Positions 31,017 to 40,260 of a stretch of 64,000 nucleotides of DNA are shown one piece after another. The stretch comes from Myxococcota bacterium. Its GTDB lineage: Bacteria; Myxococcota_A; SURF-8. Each line of letters starts with the position of its first letter. Position 1 is the stretch's first letter. The notes under the pieces are model-generated. The model did no database searches. It saw only the letters and a list, made by a program, of their open reading frames with translations, and was not told the origin of the DNA. A program made the position numbers and the translations under genes. The stretch is taken from assembly GCA_965140415.1 (NCBI GenBank), contig OZ223209.1, positions 4,231,928 through 4,295,927 on the forward strand, given 5' to 3'.

Positions 31017-33149
31017 ATGAACCACGCAGTAGCTATACATGTAATGTTTCAACAGAATGCCCGCGAGCTATCGTTCGCATTTACCGGCAATGAGCAACGC
31101 GATGCGTCACCTTGGAAGCAGTTTGTCAGCACAATACAAGGTAATCCACAAGCCGAACTGACGATTGAACTCTCCGCCGAACCGACTGGCTTCCCGGCAA
31201 CGGTCAAACTTCTTCGCCGCCTTAAAAGCCTGGTAGATGAGCGGCTGCACTGGAAGCTGAAGTGGCCAGATTCTCCCCTGCCCGCTTCGCTGAAAGCGAG
31301 TTATCAGCAGTTGTTCGAACTTTTCAGCCACGCCACCGTTTCGGCAAAAGGCAATGAAAAGCTGATCATCAACACAACCTATAAATGCAACAACCATTGC
31401 ATCTTCTGCTCGATTGCGGACCGGGAAATCCGGCATGGCGATTTCGAACGCCAGAAACAGGCCATCGATCAGGCGCGGGAACGCGGGGTGCGTATGCTGG
31501 ACATCGACGGCGGCGAGCCGACGCTCTATCCGCGTTTGTTCGACCTGCTCGACTACGCCCGGCAAGCCGGCATGGAAACCTTGACCATCACCAGTAATGG
31601 CCGCCTGCTTTCGGATCCTGCACTTGTTGAAAAACTGGCCGCCTATCCGTTGAATCTGTTGATTTCCCTGCACGGAGCCAATCCTCAGATTCATGAAAGC
31701 TTGACGACCCAGCCCGGCTCCTTCCGTCAAACCGTGCGCGGACTGATGAACGCCCGCAAACATTTTCCTGCTGTCGGAGTCAACACCACCGTCACGCGCG
31801 ACAACCTGCACGAATTGCCTGCCATGGCAGCCCTGCTGATCAAGCTGGGAATCAAAACCTGGAACATCCAGTACTACACTCCCTTCGGCGAGGTAGATCC
31901 AGCACTGGCGCCCGATCCTTACGAAGCCGGAGAAAAAATCAGCCAGGTCATTCAACAGGCAGGCGACCGCTTGAAAATTCTGGTGATCAACCTGCCCTTC
32001 TGCCTGCTCCCCGGCTACGAACGCTACGCATTGCAGGATTATTACAAGTCCGTGCGCCATATGCTTTTCGTCGATGGCGAGGAAGTGAACTTGGCGGATT
32101 TCCTGGCCGAAGCGCGTTTCAAAAACGGCAAATGCGCCCACTGTCCCTACGATCCGGTCTGCAACGGCTTCTGGGATTTCGGCCCGCATCCAGACACGGG
32201 GCGTCCCTCCCGCATTCGTCTGCTCGACGTGCTGCCCGGCTATCCCTGCTCGGCAAAATGTATCTTCTGTGCCGTACCGGATGAGATGCTGGAGCAGCAA
32301 CTGGATACGGAGCAGGTCAAAGCGGAGATTTCACGCGCCATGGCCTATGGTCCCCGCCTGATCCGCTTCGGCGGCGGAGAACCTACCGACCGCGAGGATC
32401 TTCCCGAGTTGCTGCGTTATGCCAAGTCCATGGAGCCGGAGCGGCTCTCCCTTCAAACGCACGGCTTCCGCCTGGCGGATTCCAGCTATTTGAACAGCCT
32501 GATCGACGCCGGTGTGGATCGCTTCAACATTTCGGTTCGCGGCGCAGATGAACAGACTCATGAGACGCTGACTGGCGTGCCCGGCTCCTTCGAGCAGCTT
32601 CGAACGGCCATCCGCAATGTCGCAAAAGCCACTGCCACTATCGAGTTGGAGCTGGATGCGATCCTGACCCAACAGACAGTCGGCTCCTTAGGCGAGCAGG
32701 TCCGCTTTTTCCATTCGCTGGGCGCAAGACGCATGAATGTCTGGTTCGTCACGGCTCAAGGCAGAGCGCGCCTGCGTTGGAAGGAACTGGTTCCCAACAT
32801 GACCGAAACCGCTCGCGCCGTCAGTGAAGCCGCACGTTTGGCAGAGACACTGGGTTTCGAGAGCTTCCGCTGCTACTACATCCCCTACTGCTTTTTCCCG
32901 GAAACGCCGGCGCTGGTCTGGCATCCGCTGGAGGAAAACGCCCTGGTCGTCACACCCACATCCCGCTTTACGCTGGATCGCGGCTCGCTCGATCTCGGCG
33001 TAAAAACGGCAGCCTGCGAGCGTTGCGCCATTTGCGACGACTGCTTCGGCATCGCGCCCAGTTACCTGGAGCATTTCGGCTACAGTGAACTGCGTCCCTT
33101 CAGCGCACCGCCTCCCGGTTTTTCTCCGTTACGTAAAAAGAATGGTTAG
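31017..33149 (+). CDS. Tandem radical-SAM protein. It has two complete rSAM modules, each followed by a Cys-rich auxiliary (SPASM/twitch-like) motif, plus a ~115-aa N-terminal extension.
   Basis: Module 1 has CNNHCIFC (CX3CX2C), DIDGGEPTL, and auxiliary CAHCPYDPVC. Module 2 has CSAKCIFC, RFGGGEPTD, and auxiliary CERCAICDDC. Confidence 0.75.
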   Translation: MNHAVAIHVMFQQNARELSFAFTGNEQRDASPWKQFVSTIQGNPQAELTIELSAEPTGFPATVKLLRRLKSLVDERLHWKLKWPDSPLPASLKASYQQLFELFSHATVSAKGNEKLIINTTYKCNNHCIFCSIADREIRHGDFERQKQAIDQARERGVRMLDIDGGEPTLYPRLFDLLDYARQAGMETLTITSNGRLLSDPALVEKLAAYPLNLLISLHGANPQIHESLTTQPGSFRQTVRGLMNARKHFPAVGVNTTVTRDNLHELPAMAALLIKLGIKTWNIQYYTPFGEVDPALAPDPYEAGEKISQVIQQAGDRLKILVINLPFCLLPGYERYALQDYYKSVRHMLFVDGEEVNLADFLAEARFKNGKCAHCPYDPVCNGFWDFGPHPDTGRPSRIRLLDVLPGYPCSAKCIFCAVPDEMLEQQLDTEQVKAEISRAMAYGPRLIRFGGGEPTDREDLPELLRYAKSMEPERLSLQTHGFRLADSSYLNSLIDAGVDRFNISVRGADEQTHETLTGVPGSFEQLRTAIRNVAKATATIELELDAILTQQTVGSLGEQVRFFHSLGARRMNVWFVTAQGRARLRWKELVPNMTETARAVSEAARLAETLGFESFRCYYIPYCFFPETPALVWHPLEENALVVTPTSRFTLDRGSLDLGVKTAACERCAICDDCFGIAPSYLEHFGYSELRPFSAPPPGFSPLRKKNG

Positions 33150-35419
33150 AACATACCGAGTTTCGGAATCGTCGTTTCGATGTAGAAAATGGCGTGGCCG
33201 GAAATGTTCCAGCTATCGGGAATGTAGTCTTTCTGCATTCCGATCATGGTGGACTTGATCATGCTGGGTAAGCTTGGGCGCTGTTCATACCAGTAATTCA
33301 CCGCAATCTCCACGCCGAAGTTGATAATGGAATGCAGTGGCTCGCCACCTCGGAAATCCCGGCGACTCCACAGATGATTGTACTGCAAGCGCACGCCACC
33401 TTCGACATTGAACAGGTTCGTGTTCGTCAGATCGTCGCGAATGCCGCCGAACAACTTGTAGGAGAACTTGTCGTCGAATAGACTTCTGTCGTAAATCAGC
33501 GTGAAGTAGCCCATCAGCGACGCATCGCGCCGGGTCGCCTTTTCCAGATTCAGAACGATGATCTCCGGTGCAATACCGACCGAAAGCAACAGCTTGCGCT
33601 CCAGAAACCCCGGTGTAAAGCCATTCCCCAGCGGATTGAAAACGATCCCGAATTCGATGGGACGAAAACCGAACGAATCCGCGCTGCCATCGAAAGGTTC
33701 GCTATCGTAAAGCATTTCCAACAGGTCGAGCTTGATTCCCCAGGACGATCCCGGTACGCATTTTACGGCAAAGGGATTGACAAAGGGATAGTCGATTTCC
33801 TCCCGATCTGAGCCATCCTCGGCTTTCACGGAACAGAAGTGCAGAATGGGGCTTTCAATCGCCTTGGCGTGTATGGTATACGCACTATCCGTAAACGCAA
33901 CCGATGCGCTCAATGTCAGAACGCGAAACATGCCGCCCATGGTTTCGCCATCGGCCAGTGTAAAACCGAAAATCATACCCGGATAATTGCCCGCCGCCAC
34001 GCGCAGCTTTCCGATATTGATGCCATGGGTTTCTTCCCTGCGCGTCTGCTTGCAGCTTTCATCGTCAGGACCACAGGGCATTTTAGGATCGAAATTACTC
34101 GAATAGCGGGGTTCGACGTTCATGTCATACAGATCGATTGCGGGTGAATCGCCAAATGGCCCGAACATGTCAAGCACGTCGCGGCGAATGTTTTCGATGA
34201 TCCAGGGAAAATCCTCTTCGGTCACCCAGGGGTTTTCCTTATCAGGCAGAATGAATTTTGGAACTTGTTCGTGCAGTACGCTAAAGCGCAGTTCATACAG
34301 ATCGGTCAGCAGCAGGTTCTGCGGTCCCCGCATAGGAATCGGCATGACAAACGCATCTTCTTTTCGATCTCTGCAATATGGCGAGTATTCGTCCGGGATG
34401 ATCCACGGCGTGATCGTATCTCCGGCATCGAGATTTCTACGAGTGACCATCGACATGTCCGGCATGCTTTTCTTGCGATCCCACCAGACGCCATCCACTT
34501 CGTTCAGCGTCAGCTTGCTCTGCTTGTTCGGTAACGGCGCAAGTTTGTGAATCATGGCGTACAGCACGTCATCCATCGCTTCGTCATAGGGTTTCCCGCT
34601 ACGCAGGGCATCGGCTCCCAGCTTCGCTCCCAGCGCATTGCTGAACATGTCTTCCGGAGAAAACGAAGACAGCCGCTCGGAAAACAATTCGACACTACGG
34701 TGGTCGTACCAAGTCACGATTTCATGCCAGACCGATAACTTAAACGAGATGCGCTGCGCCAATAGCAGAGCCAGTTCGTCTTTTTCCGCATCCGAGAGCG
34801 ACACGCCCGGCAGGCGGATCACGATCTTCCGTTTCGCCGCTTCATCGGCAATGGGAATTACGGCGCCCGAACCGACGACCAGGCGGATTCGCTCGTAGAG
34901 ATACGCCGTCCAATCCGCGTAATCCCGGATGTGCGCCAGATCCACCACACCGGCCCGGCAGGTATAGATCAGGCCGTTCTGCTCGGTTTGAATGTCGCTC
35001 AATCGGTAGGAATGATTTCCCAGTTGATCCGGATACAGGATATTATCCAGTTTGACGGGAACGGAAGAACCGGAGATCGTCGTTCTCAAACTATGCCCGA
35101 ACGCGCAACAGGGACGCAGCTTGGGAGCTTTCACAAAGCGCGAAACGGCGGAGTCTCCTTCGCCGTCCGAATCGGACGCGCGCTCCCCTTCTTCGCAAAC
35201 CACGGCTTTCTCATCCGCTAAGGCTGCGCCGCTTGTCTGTTCGGGGTTCTGTTCCGCGCCGGAACTCGACTCGCCCGCTTCACTCATTTCTTCCGCAAAT
35301 GCAATTCCGGCACTGCCAGTCACAACTACGCTGTAGTATAGACTCATACACAAAACCGCGAGAAGCAGTACTAAAATACTGGGCAATTCGGAAAGCGATT
35401 TCACGCGAGGACCGTGCAT
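33146..35419 (-). CDS. Large secreted/outer-membrane hypothetical protein (757 aa)
   Basis: An N-terminal signal/anchor precedes an acidic low-complexity segment. The C-terminus is beta-rich and ends in Phe (outer-membrane-protein-like). No recognised catalytic motif. Confidence 0.5.
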   Translation of the reverse strand: MHGPRVKSLSELPSILVLLLAVLCMSLYYSVVVTGSAGIAFAEEMSEAGESSSGAEQNPEQTSGAALADEKAVVCEEGERASDSDGEGDSAVSRFVKAPKLRPCCAFGHSLRTTISGSSVPVKLDNILYPDQLGNHSYRLSDIQTEQNGLIYTCRAGVVDLAHIRDYADWTAYLYERIRLVVGSGAVIPIADEAAKRKIVIRLPGVSLSDAEKDELALLLAQRISFKLSVWHEIVTWYDHRSVELFSERLSSFSPEDMFSNALGAKLGADALRSGKPYDEAMDDVLYAMIHKLAPLPNKQSKLTLNEVDGVWWDRKKSMPDMSMVTRRNLDAGDTITPWIIPDEYSPYCRDRKEDAFVMPIPMRGPQNLLLTDLYELRFSVLHEQVPKFILPDKENPWVTEEDFPWIIENIRRDVLDMFGPFGDSPAIDLYDMNVEPRYSSNFDPKMPCGPDDESCKQTRREETHGINIGKLRVAAGNYPGMIFGFTLADGETMGGMFRVLTLSASVAFTDSAYTIHAKAIESPILHFCSVKAEDGSDREEIDYPFVNPFAVKCVPGSSWGIKLDLLEMLYDSEPFDGSADSFGFRPIEFGIVFNPLGNGFTPGFLERKLLLSVGIAPEIIVLNLEKATRRDASLMGYFTLIYDRSLFDDKFSYKLFGGIRDDLTNTNLFNVEGGVRLQYNHLWSRRDFRGGEPLHSIINFGVEIAVNYWYEQRPSLPSMIKSTMIGMQKDYIPDSWNISGHAIFYIETTIPKLGMF

Positions 35420-35475
35420 GGCTGCCCCTTCACAGAAGGAAAGTCAGCGAGAAACGAATCCTTATCAGGTTATAA

Positions 35476-36447
35476 TCAGCCGCGTATGCGGTTCATACGC
35501 TGGTGGACCTCTTCGGCTTCGGCCATGATTTCGGCCACGATGTCTTTCGCCGGCATGATCTTGTTTTTCAGCCCGATGGCTTGCGAGCAGGAGACCGTCC
35601 CGGCTTCCAGCACACCGGTTTCGTACATATCCCGAGCCGCCTGGCCGGAAACGTAGGGGAGGATATCTTCCAGCCCACCGCCCTTGGCTTCGATTTCGAT
35701 GGTCTTCTTGGCCGGTTCGTTCAACCACACGCGGTGAGCGAAGCCGATCGATTCCATAATGATGTCCGTGTCCAGCTCGGTCGCCTGGCATAAGGCCTGT
35801 TTCAGATCGTAATGAATCGGGCATTCTTCCGAAAGCATGAAGCGCGAACCGATGATTGCCGCCTCCGCACCGAGAGAAAGCACCGAATACAGTCCGCGTC
35901 CGTCCATCACGCCGCCGCCGCCAACCACCGGAATGTCTATGGCGTTGACCGTGCTTGGCACCAGCACCAGCGTGGTAACGTTCAGCGTTCCGGTCGCACC
36001 GCCGTTTTCGTAACCGACGACCGTCACCGCATCCGCACCCATCGCCGCGACCTTCTTCGCATAACGAACGCCAACGCACTTATGAATCCAGGTGATGCCG
36101 TATTGTTTGAACAGATCCACCAGTTCAGCCGGAGCGCCAAAACCGGAGGTCTCCACAATTTTCACACCTTCCTCGGCCAGCACTTCGACAAATGCCTTGT
36201 TATCCGGCGGAGCAAGCATGGGAAACAAATTGATATTGACGCCGAACGGCTTATCCGTCAGATCTTTCGTGCGCTTCAATTCGTCGCGCAGTTTCTCGGT
36301 ATCCTTGAAAATAGCCGAGGCGATAATGCCTAGCGCACCAGCGTTTGAAATCGCAGCGACGAAAGGTGCCGTCGCCAGATCCATCATCGTGCCGCCGATA
36401 ATCGGCGTTTCGATTCCCAATAGTTCCGTAATGCGAGTCTTGAACAC
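35476..36447 (-). CDS. Nitronate monooxygenase / FabK-like FMN-dependent oxidoreductase (2-nitropropane dioxygenase family)
   Basis: NMO-fold motifs are present (ITELLGIETPIIGGTM, GALGII, IPVVGGGGV). Confidence 0.75.
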   Translation of the reverse strand: MFKTRITELLGIETPIIGGTMMDLATAPFVAAISNAGALGIIASAIFKDTEKLRDELKRTKDLTDKPFGVNINLFPMLAPPDNKAFVEVLAEEGVKIVETSGFGAPAELVDLFKQYGITWIHKCVGVRYAKKVAAMGADAVTVVGYENGGATGTLNVTTLVLVPSTVNAIDIPVVGGGGVMDGRGLYSVLSLGAEAAIIGSRFMLSEECPIHYDLKQALCQATELDTDIIMESIGFAHRVWLNEPAKKTIEIEAKGGGLEDILPYVSGQAARDMYETGVLEAGTVSCSQAIGLKNKIMPAKDIVAEIMAEAEEVHQRMNRIRG

Positions 36448-36514
36448 GGCTAAATCCTCCAGAGTGATGTGTTACGGTAATAGCTGGAATTATGCTACTC
36501 CATTTTCAGCATCT

Positions 36515-39500
36515 TTACCACTTTTTCGAATTGGCCAATCTTCTGCGTCGCACTACGAAAATCAAAAGACCGGCAACGAACCAACCTGCAAAACCGCCAG
36601 TCGTGGGCGGCTGCGAACATCCGCCGTCATCTACTGTTTCGGTTTCCAAATCGCCATCGACGACATCCCCATCGGACTCGCTGTCGCCATCGATTTCATC
36701 GCCATCCACCAAGTCACCGTCAATCACATCGCCGTCGACGACATCCCCATCCTTTTCACTGTCGCCATCGACTGCGTCGCCATCAACCTGATCTCCGTCC
36801 GGCAAGTCACCATCAATCCCATCGCCGTCTACAGAATCCCCGTCAATGACATCTCCATCGACGACATCGCCATCAGGCAGATCACCATCGATGCCGTCTC
36901 CATCGGGTGCATCGCCATCCGGATCGGGCAGCAGATCGCCGCACTGGCACTCGGGAATATTCTGGGCATCCAACTGGCAGGCATTGAATTCACGATTCTG
37001 TTGCAGGCAGTATTCCTCGCAGTTTTGCGCGCGCCAGGTTCCCTGATCGCAAACACAGGTGTTGATCGTCTCCACGCAATGTCCTAGCTGCCAGGGCAAA
37101 CAGGGGCCGTAGCAATTTCCCGGCTCGTAAACTTCGGTCACGCCTTCCGCTGCCACGATATGCACCGTTTTTTCCGTCTTGACGACGTTGTCGCCTTCAT
37201 CGGTGACGCTCAAACCGATCACGTAATCCCCAACCTCATCGAAGCTATAAATGAACCACATCTGCGAGGCGTTCTTTTCTGCCGGGGTCTCATCGTCGAT
37301 GGTCCAGTTCCACTCGATGATGCCGCGATCATCCAACGTACCCGCGCCGCTGAAAACCATGCGCTCTCCGACCACACCGTACTCCTCTGCAAAGATCGCC
37401 GGTTCGGGAGGAGTCTCATCGATCATTGCGGTGACGCTGGCATTCAGTAAACCCGGCGCCCAAACTTTTCCATAACCCCAGCCGATATCCGGCGTCGTAC
37501 GATTTAACGTGCGGTCCGATCCAAGCATGTACGCCTTACGTACGCCTGCCGGGTCCAGGTTCGGCGCGTACTGCAACAACAACGCCGTAATTCCCGCCAT
37601 CAGCGGAGAAGACGAACTGGTGCCGCTGAACATGGTGTAGGCTCCATGATCGAAATGATCTCCATTTGGATTGTAGTTGGTATAATACGGCAATGGCGCG
37701 CGCTGCTCCCAGGTTCCACTTACGGTGACGATCGGTTTGCCGTCGATGCGCAAGCCCCGCCCGCTGTAGTAAGTCAATCCTTCCTGTCCGCCGGTATGAT
37801 CGTGGGCGGCCACGCCGATTCCGGCGTCGCTGGTGCTGGGGAAATCGGCGGTGGTAATATGCGCGGTGGCTTCACTGCCGTTATTGGCATCGGAGGTAAA
37901 AACCGCCCCGTAAAAGAAGGATGATACGTTGTCGCCAACGAAACCGACCACATCCACCGGCACTCGTCCCCGGTTGACCAGACGGAATTTGCGCGGAAGC
38001 GTCAAGGCCGATTCGTCTTCCATCCAGTAGATAATTTCAATATTATCCGTACCACGCTCGCTTTCACCCATTGTCACCCATTCAACCGCGCCGCTCTCAT
38101 CCCACAAATAGCCGCTCTTCAATTCGCGACCGAACATACCATTGGGTACCCATACGAATATATCCTGATCCGGTCGCCTCCAGCGGAAATGCAACGACAG
38201 ATAGTAAGGATCGCCTACGAAATAGGTAGGATCCAGCGCAACCGAAATTTCGTGGCTGCCACCAGCCGGCACACGGAAACGTGCGGCTTTCTTGGAACTA
38301 TGGAAATTGCAGGTCGGGTTGATCTGCACCATGCCCGCCGCTTCGGCTTCATTCATTGCAAGAGAATCGTTGGCGGAGCCATCCAGCGGAGCCGGTCCAT
38401 TTACGCACCATTCGTGCAACGCGATATCCGCGCCTGCATCCGCGCAGAAAGAGAGCGTCGCCGCCAGATGGGAAAGTCCGCCCTCGCCTTCTCCCTCGTA
38501 ATAGCTGCTGATAATGCTCTCCACCAGCACCAGTTCGGCGTCGTATGCCACGCCGCGCAGACGATGCCCCGGATGCCCCGAAGCGCTGATGCCCGAAGTT
38601 CCCGTTCCGTGAGAGCCAGTGCCCTGGCGGTCGAAAGGATAGTTGATGAGGTTATCGCCACGAGTATACACGCCCAGTTGCTGGGTGTAATAATCATAGG
38701 TATAAGCGATTTTCACCTTGCTGGTGCCCAGTCCGACCAGAAGTTCCCCCACGTCGAGTTGGTTGTTCTCGTTGTCGTCCAATACATAAAACAGCCGCTC
38801 TCCGTAGCAGGGATCTTGTTCCGTGAATCCTTGATCCGGGCCGAAGTTGCGCTGATGATCTTCGTTGGCATCGTTGTATAAATGATCGAGATCCGCCTGG
38901 AATACACCGTCGTTGTTGCTGATCTGACCCCATTCGCTGATGACGGCATCGAAGAAATCAAGAATCTCGCCAGTGTCCGCAATATCGTTGCCGTTTAAAT
39001 CCACCGCGTCCACCCCGGGAGTAAACGCCTGATCCAGATCGACGTCGATCCAGGAGAACTCGCCGCCATCGCTTTTAAAATACGCCGGATGAAAAAGATC
39101 CACCGTGGAATCGTCGATGCAAACCGTGGAACCCAAGCCCGTTACAGGCTGCTCATTCTGATCGCTGTAATTTTCATAAACCTGATCGATGCCGTTTGAA
39201 ACTCGCGCCGTTTCCATGGGACGCAGGATTTTCGCCAGTCCCGGCTCGATGCGCGATACCGTTGCAATCGTCGCCACACGTTCAAGATCCGCTCGCTTTA
39301 TCGAACCTGGATAAACGCGCCCGACATGCATCCAGCGACCGTCGTGAACGATTGGACGAAAACCGGCCTGCTGCAATCTCTGACGCTCGGCGACATCCGG
39401 GAGAAATTCCAATCTTAAGGAAACGGCCCGCAGATCCAGATCGGTCGCTTTCAACGCGGGAATGCCCGGCATGGACATCGGAGCCAAGAGCGAAGGATGA

Positions 39501-39598
39501 ATTTTTTCCTGCTTATCCAGAGCCATAGCGCTGGTAAAACCCAAACAGGAATAGAGTAAAAAGAGAAGGCAAAGGGCGCGTACGGCAGATCGTTTCAT
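36515..39598 (-). CDS. Secreted subtilisin-like serine protease (S8) with a C-terminal acidic DGD-repeat region and a MYXO-CTERM-like sorting tail
   Basis: Signal peptide MKRSAVRALCLLFLLYSCLGFTSAMA (start trimmed to ATG 39598, which has a GGAGG ribosome-binding site). S8 His/Ser regions are present (GTGSHGTGTSGI, GTSSSSPLMAG). The C-terminal tail is ...DDGGCSQPPTTGGFAGWFVAGLLIFVVRRRR. Confidence 0.7.
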   Translation of the reverse strand: MKRSAVRALCLLFLLYSCLGFTSAMALDKQEKIHPSLLAPMSMPGIPALKATDLDLRAVSLRLEFLPDVAERQRLQQAGFRPIVHDGRWMHVGRVYPGSIKRADLERVATIATVSRIEPGLAKILRPMETARVSNGIDQVYENYSDQNEQPVTGLGSTVCIDDSTVDLFHPAYFKSDGGEFSWIDVDLDQAFTPGVDAVDLNGNDIADTGEILDFFDAVISEWGQISNNDGVFQADLDHLYNDANEDHQRNFGPDQGFTEQDPCYGERLFYVLDDNENNQLDVGELLVGLGTSKVKIAYTYDYYTQQLGVYTRGDNLINYPFDRQGTGSHGTGTSGISASGHPGHRLRGVAYDAELVLVESIISSYYEGEGEGGLSHLAATLSFCADAGADIALHEWCVNGPAPLDGSANDSLAMNEAEAAGMVQINPTCNFHSSKKAARFRVPAGGSHEISVALDPTYFVGDPYYLSLHFRWRRPDQDIFVWVPNGMFGRELKSGYLWDESGAVEWVTMGESERGTDNIEIIYWMEDESALTLPRKFRLVNRGRVPVDVVGFVGDNVSSFFYGAVFTSDANNGSEATAHITTADFPSTSDAGIGVAAHDHTGGQEGLTYYSGRGLRIDGKPIVTVSGTWEQRAPLPYYTNYNPNGDHFDHGAYTMFSGTSSSSPLMAGITALLLQYAPNLDPAGVRKAYMLGSDRTLNRTTPDIGWGYGKVWAPGLLNASVTAMIDETPPEPAIFAEEYGVVGERMVFSGAGTLDDRGIIEWNWTIDDETPAEKNASQMWFIYSFDEVGDYVIGLSVTDEGDNVVKTEKTVHIVAAEGVTEVYEPGNCYGPCLPWQLGHCVETINTCVCDQGTWRAQNCEEYCLQQNREFNACQLDAQNIPECQCGDLLPDPDGDAPDGDGIDGDLPDGDVVDGDVIDGDSVDGDGIDGDLPDGDQVDGDAVDGDSEKDGDVVDGDVIDGDLVDGDEIDGDSESDGDVVDGDLETETVDDGGCSQPPTTGGFAGWFVAGLLIFVVRRRRLANSKKW
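36628..36950. repeat. Tandem 15/30-bp coding repeats encoding (DGDxx)n, an acidic, calcium-binding-like pentapeptide array
   Basis: The translation DGDVVDGDVIDGDSVDGDGIDGDLPDGD... repeats about 20 times. Confidence 0.6.
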
Positions 39599-40260
39599 CG
39601 GTGATTCCTCCAAATACGAAACAACACAAATACAGAGAACCAGACTGCCACCGCTGATGTCCGCTGTCAACAGGTTTTATCGTTTTTCGATAAACCCACT
39701 TTTCGCATCGGTGTGCTAGCCGGGTTGGGTTTTGGCAAAATCGATAGACATGAAAAGCTGCTTTCTACGATTTTGTAAGACCGTTCTACTTCGACCGTAG
39801 ACCGACAGTAAATGACACGAAAACGACATCAACTGACCGTAAACGCACAGTAAAAAATTCACTGAATTTGCCACATATCCTAGCAAATAAGCAAACAGGC
39901 CACTTTTGCGACTGATACTGAAAATCAAGTGGTCATCTGCGGTCATTTCGTGTGGTTTTTGTGCGATTCTACTGTAGTTTTAGTGCGGTTTTTGTACGTT
40001 TGCCGCCGCGTAGTGGCAGAACTTGCTTCGCGGTTGCTACAGATATAAGCCATTATCAGGATATTTTACAGCATAAAACTTGCTGTACTCGGTTCTTGAG
40101 AACAAGCTACAATTTCTGAAACCGTCCCAAAGTTCTCACATTCAATTTTCCCCGCCCGCCAGCCATCATAATTTCATTGTGATTCCGGCAAACTTGAGTA
40201 CACTGCATGCTGTCGCATAGGCCGGAAAAAGACTTCTAAAGAAGAAACAAGATTAAACGC

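Noticed and set aside
31107-32300. 397-aa minus-strand ORF inside the tandem rSAM gene
   Set aside because: Antisense frame. The rSAM frame has both CX3CX2C motifs.
36092-37087. 331-aa plus-strand ORF and several Ser/Pro-rich ORFs over the protease C-terminus
   Set aside because: These are the reverse frames of the DGD-repeat region. The repeat makes any frame open.
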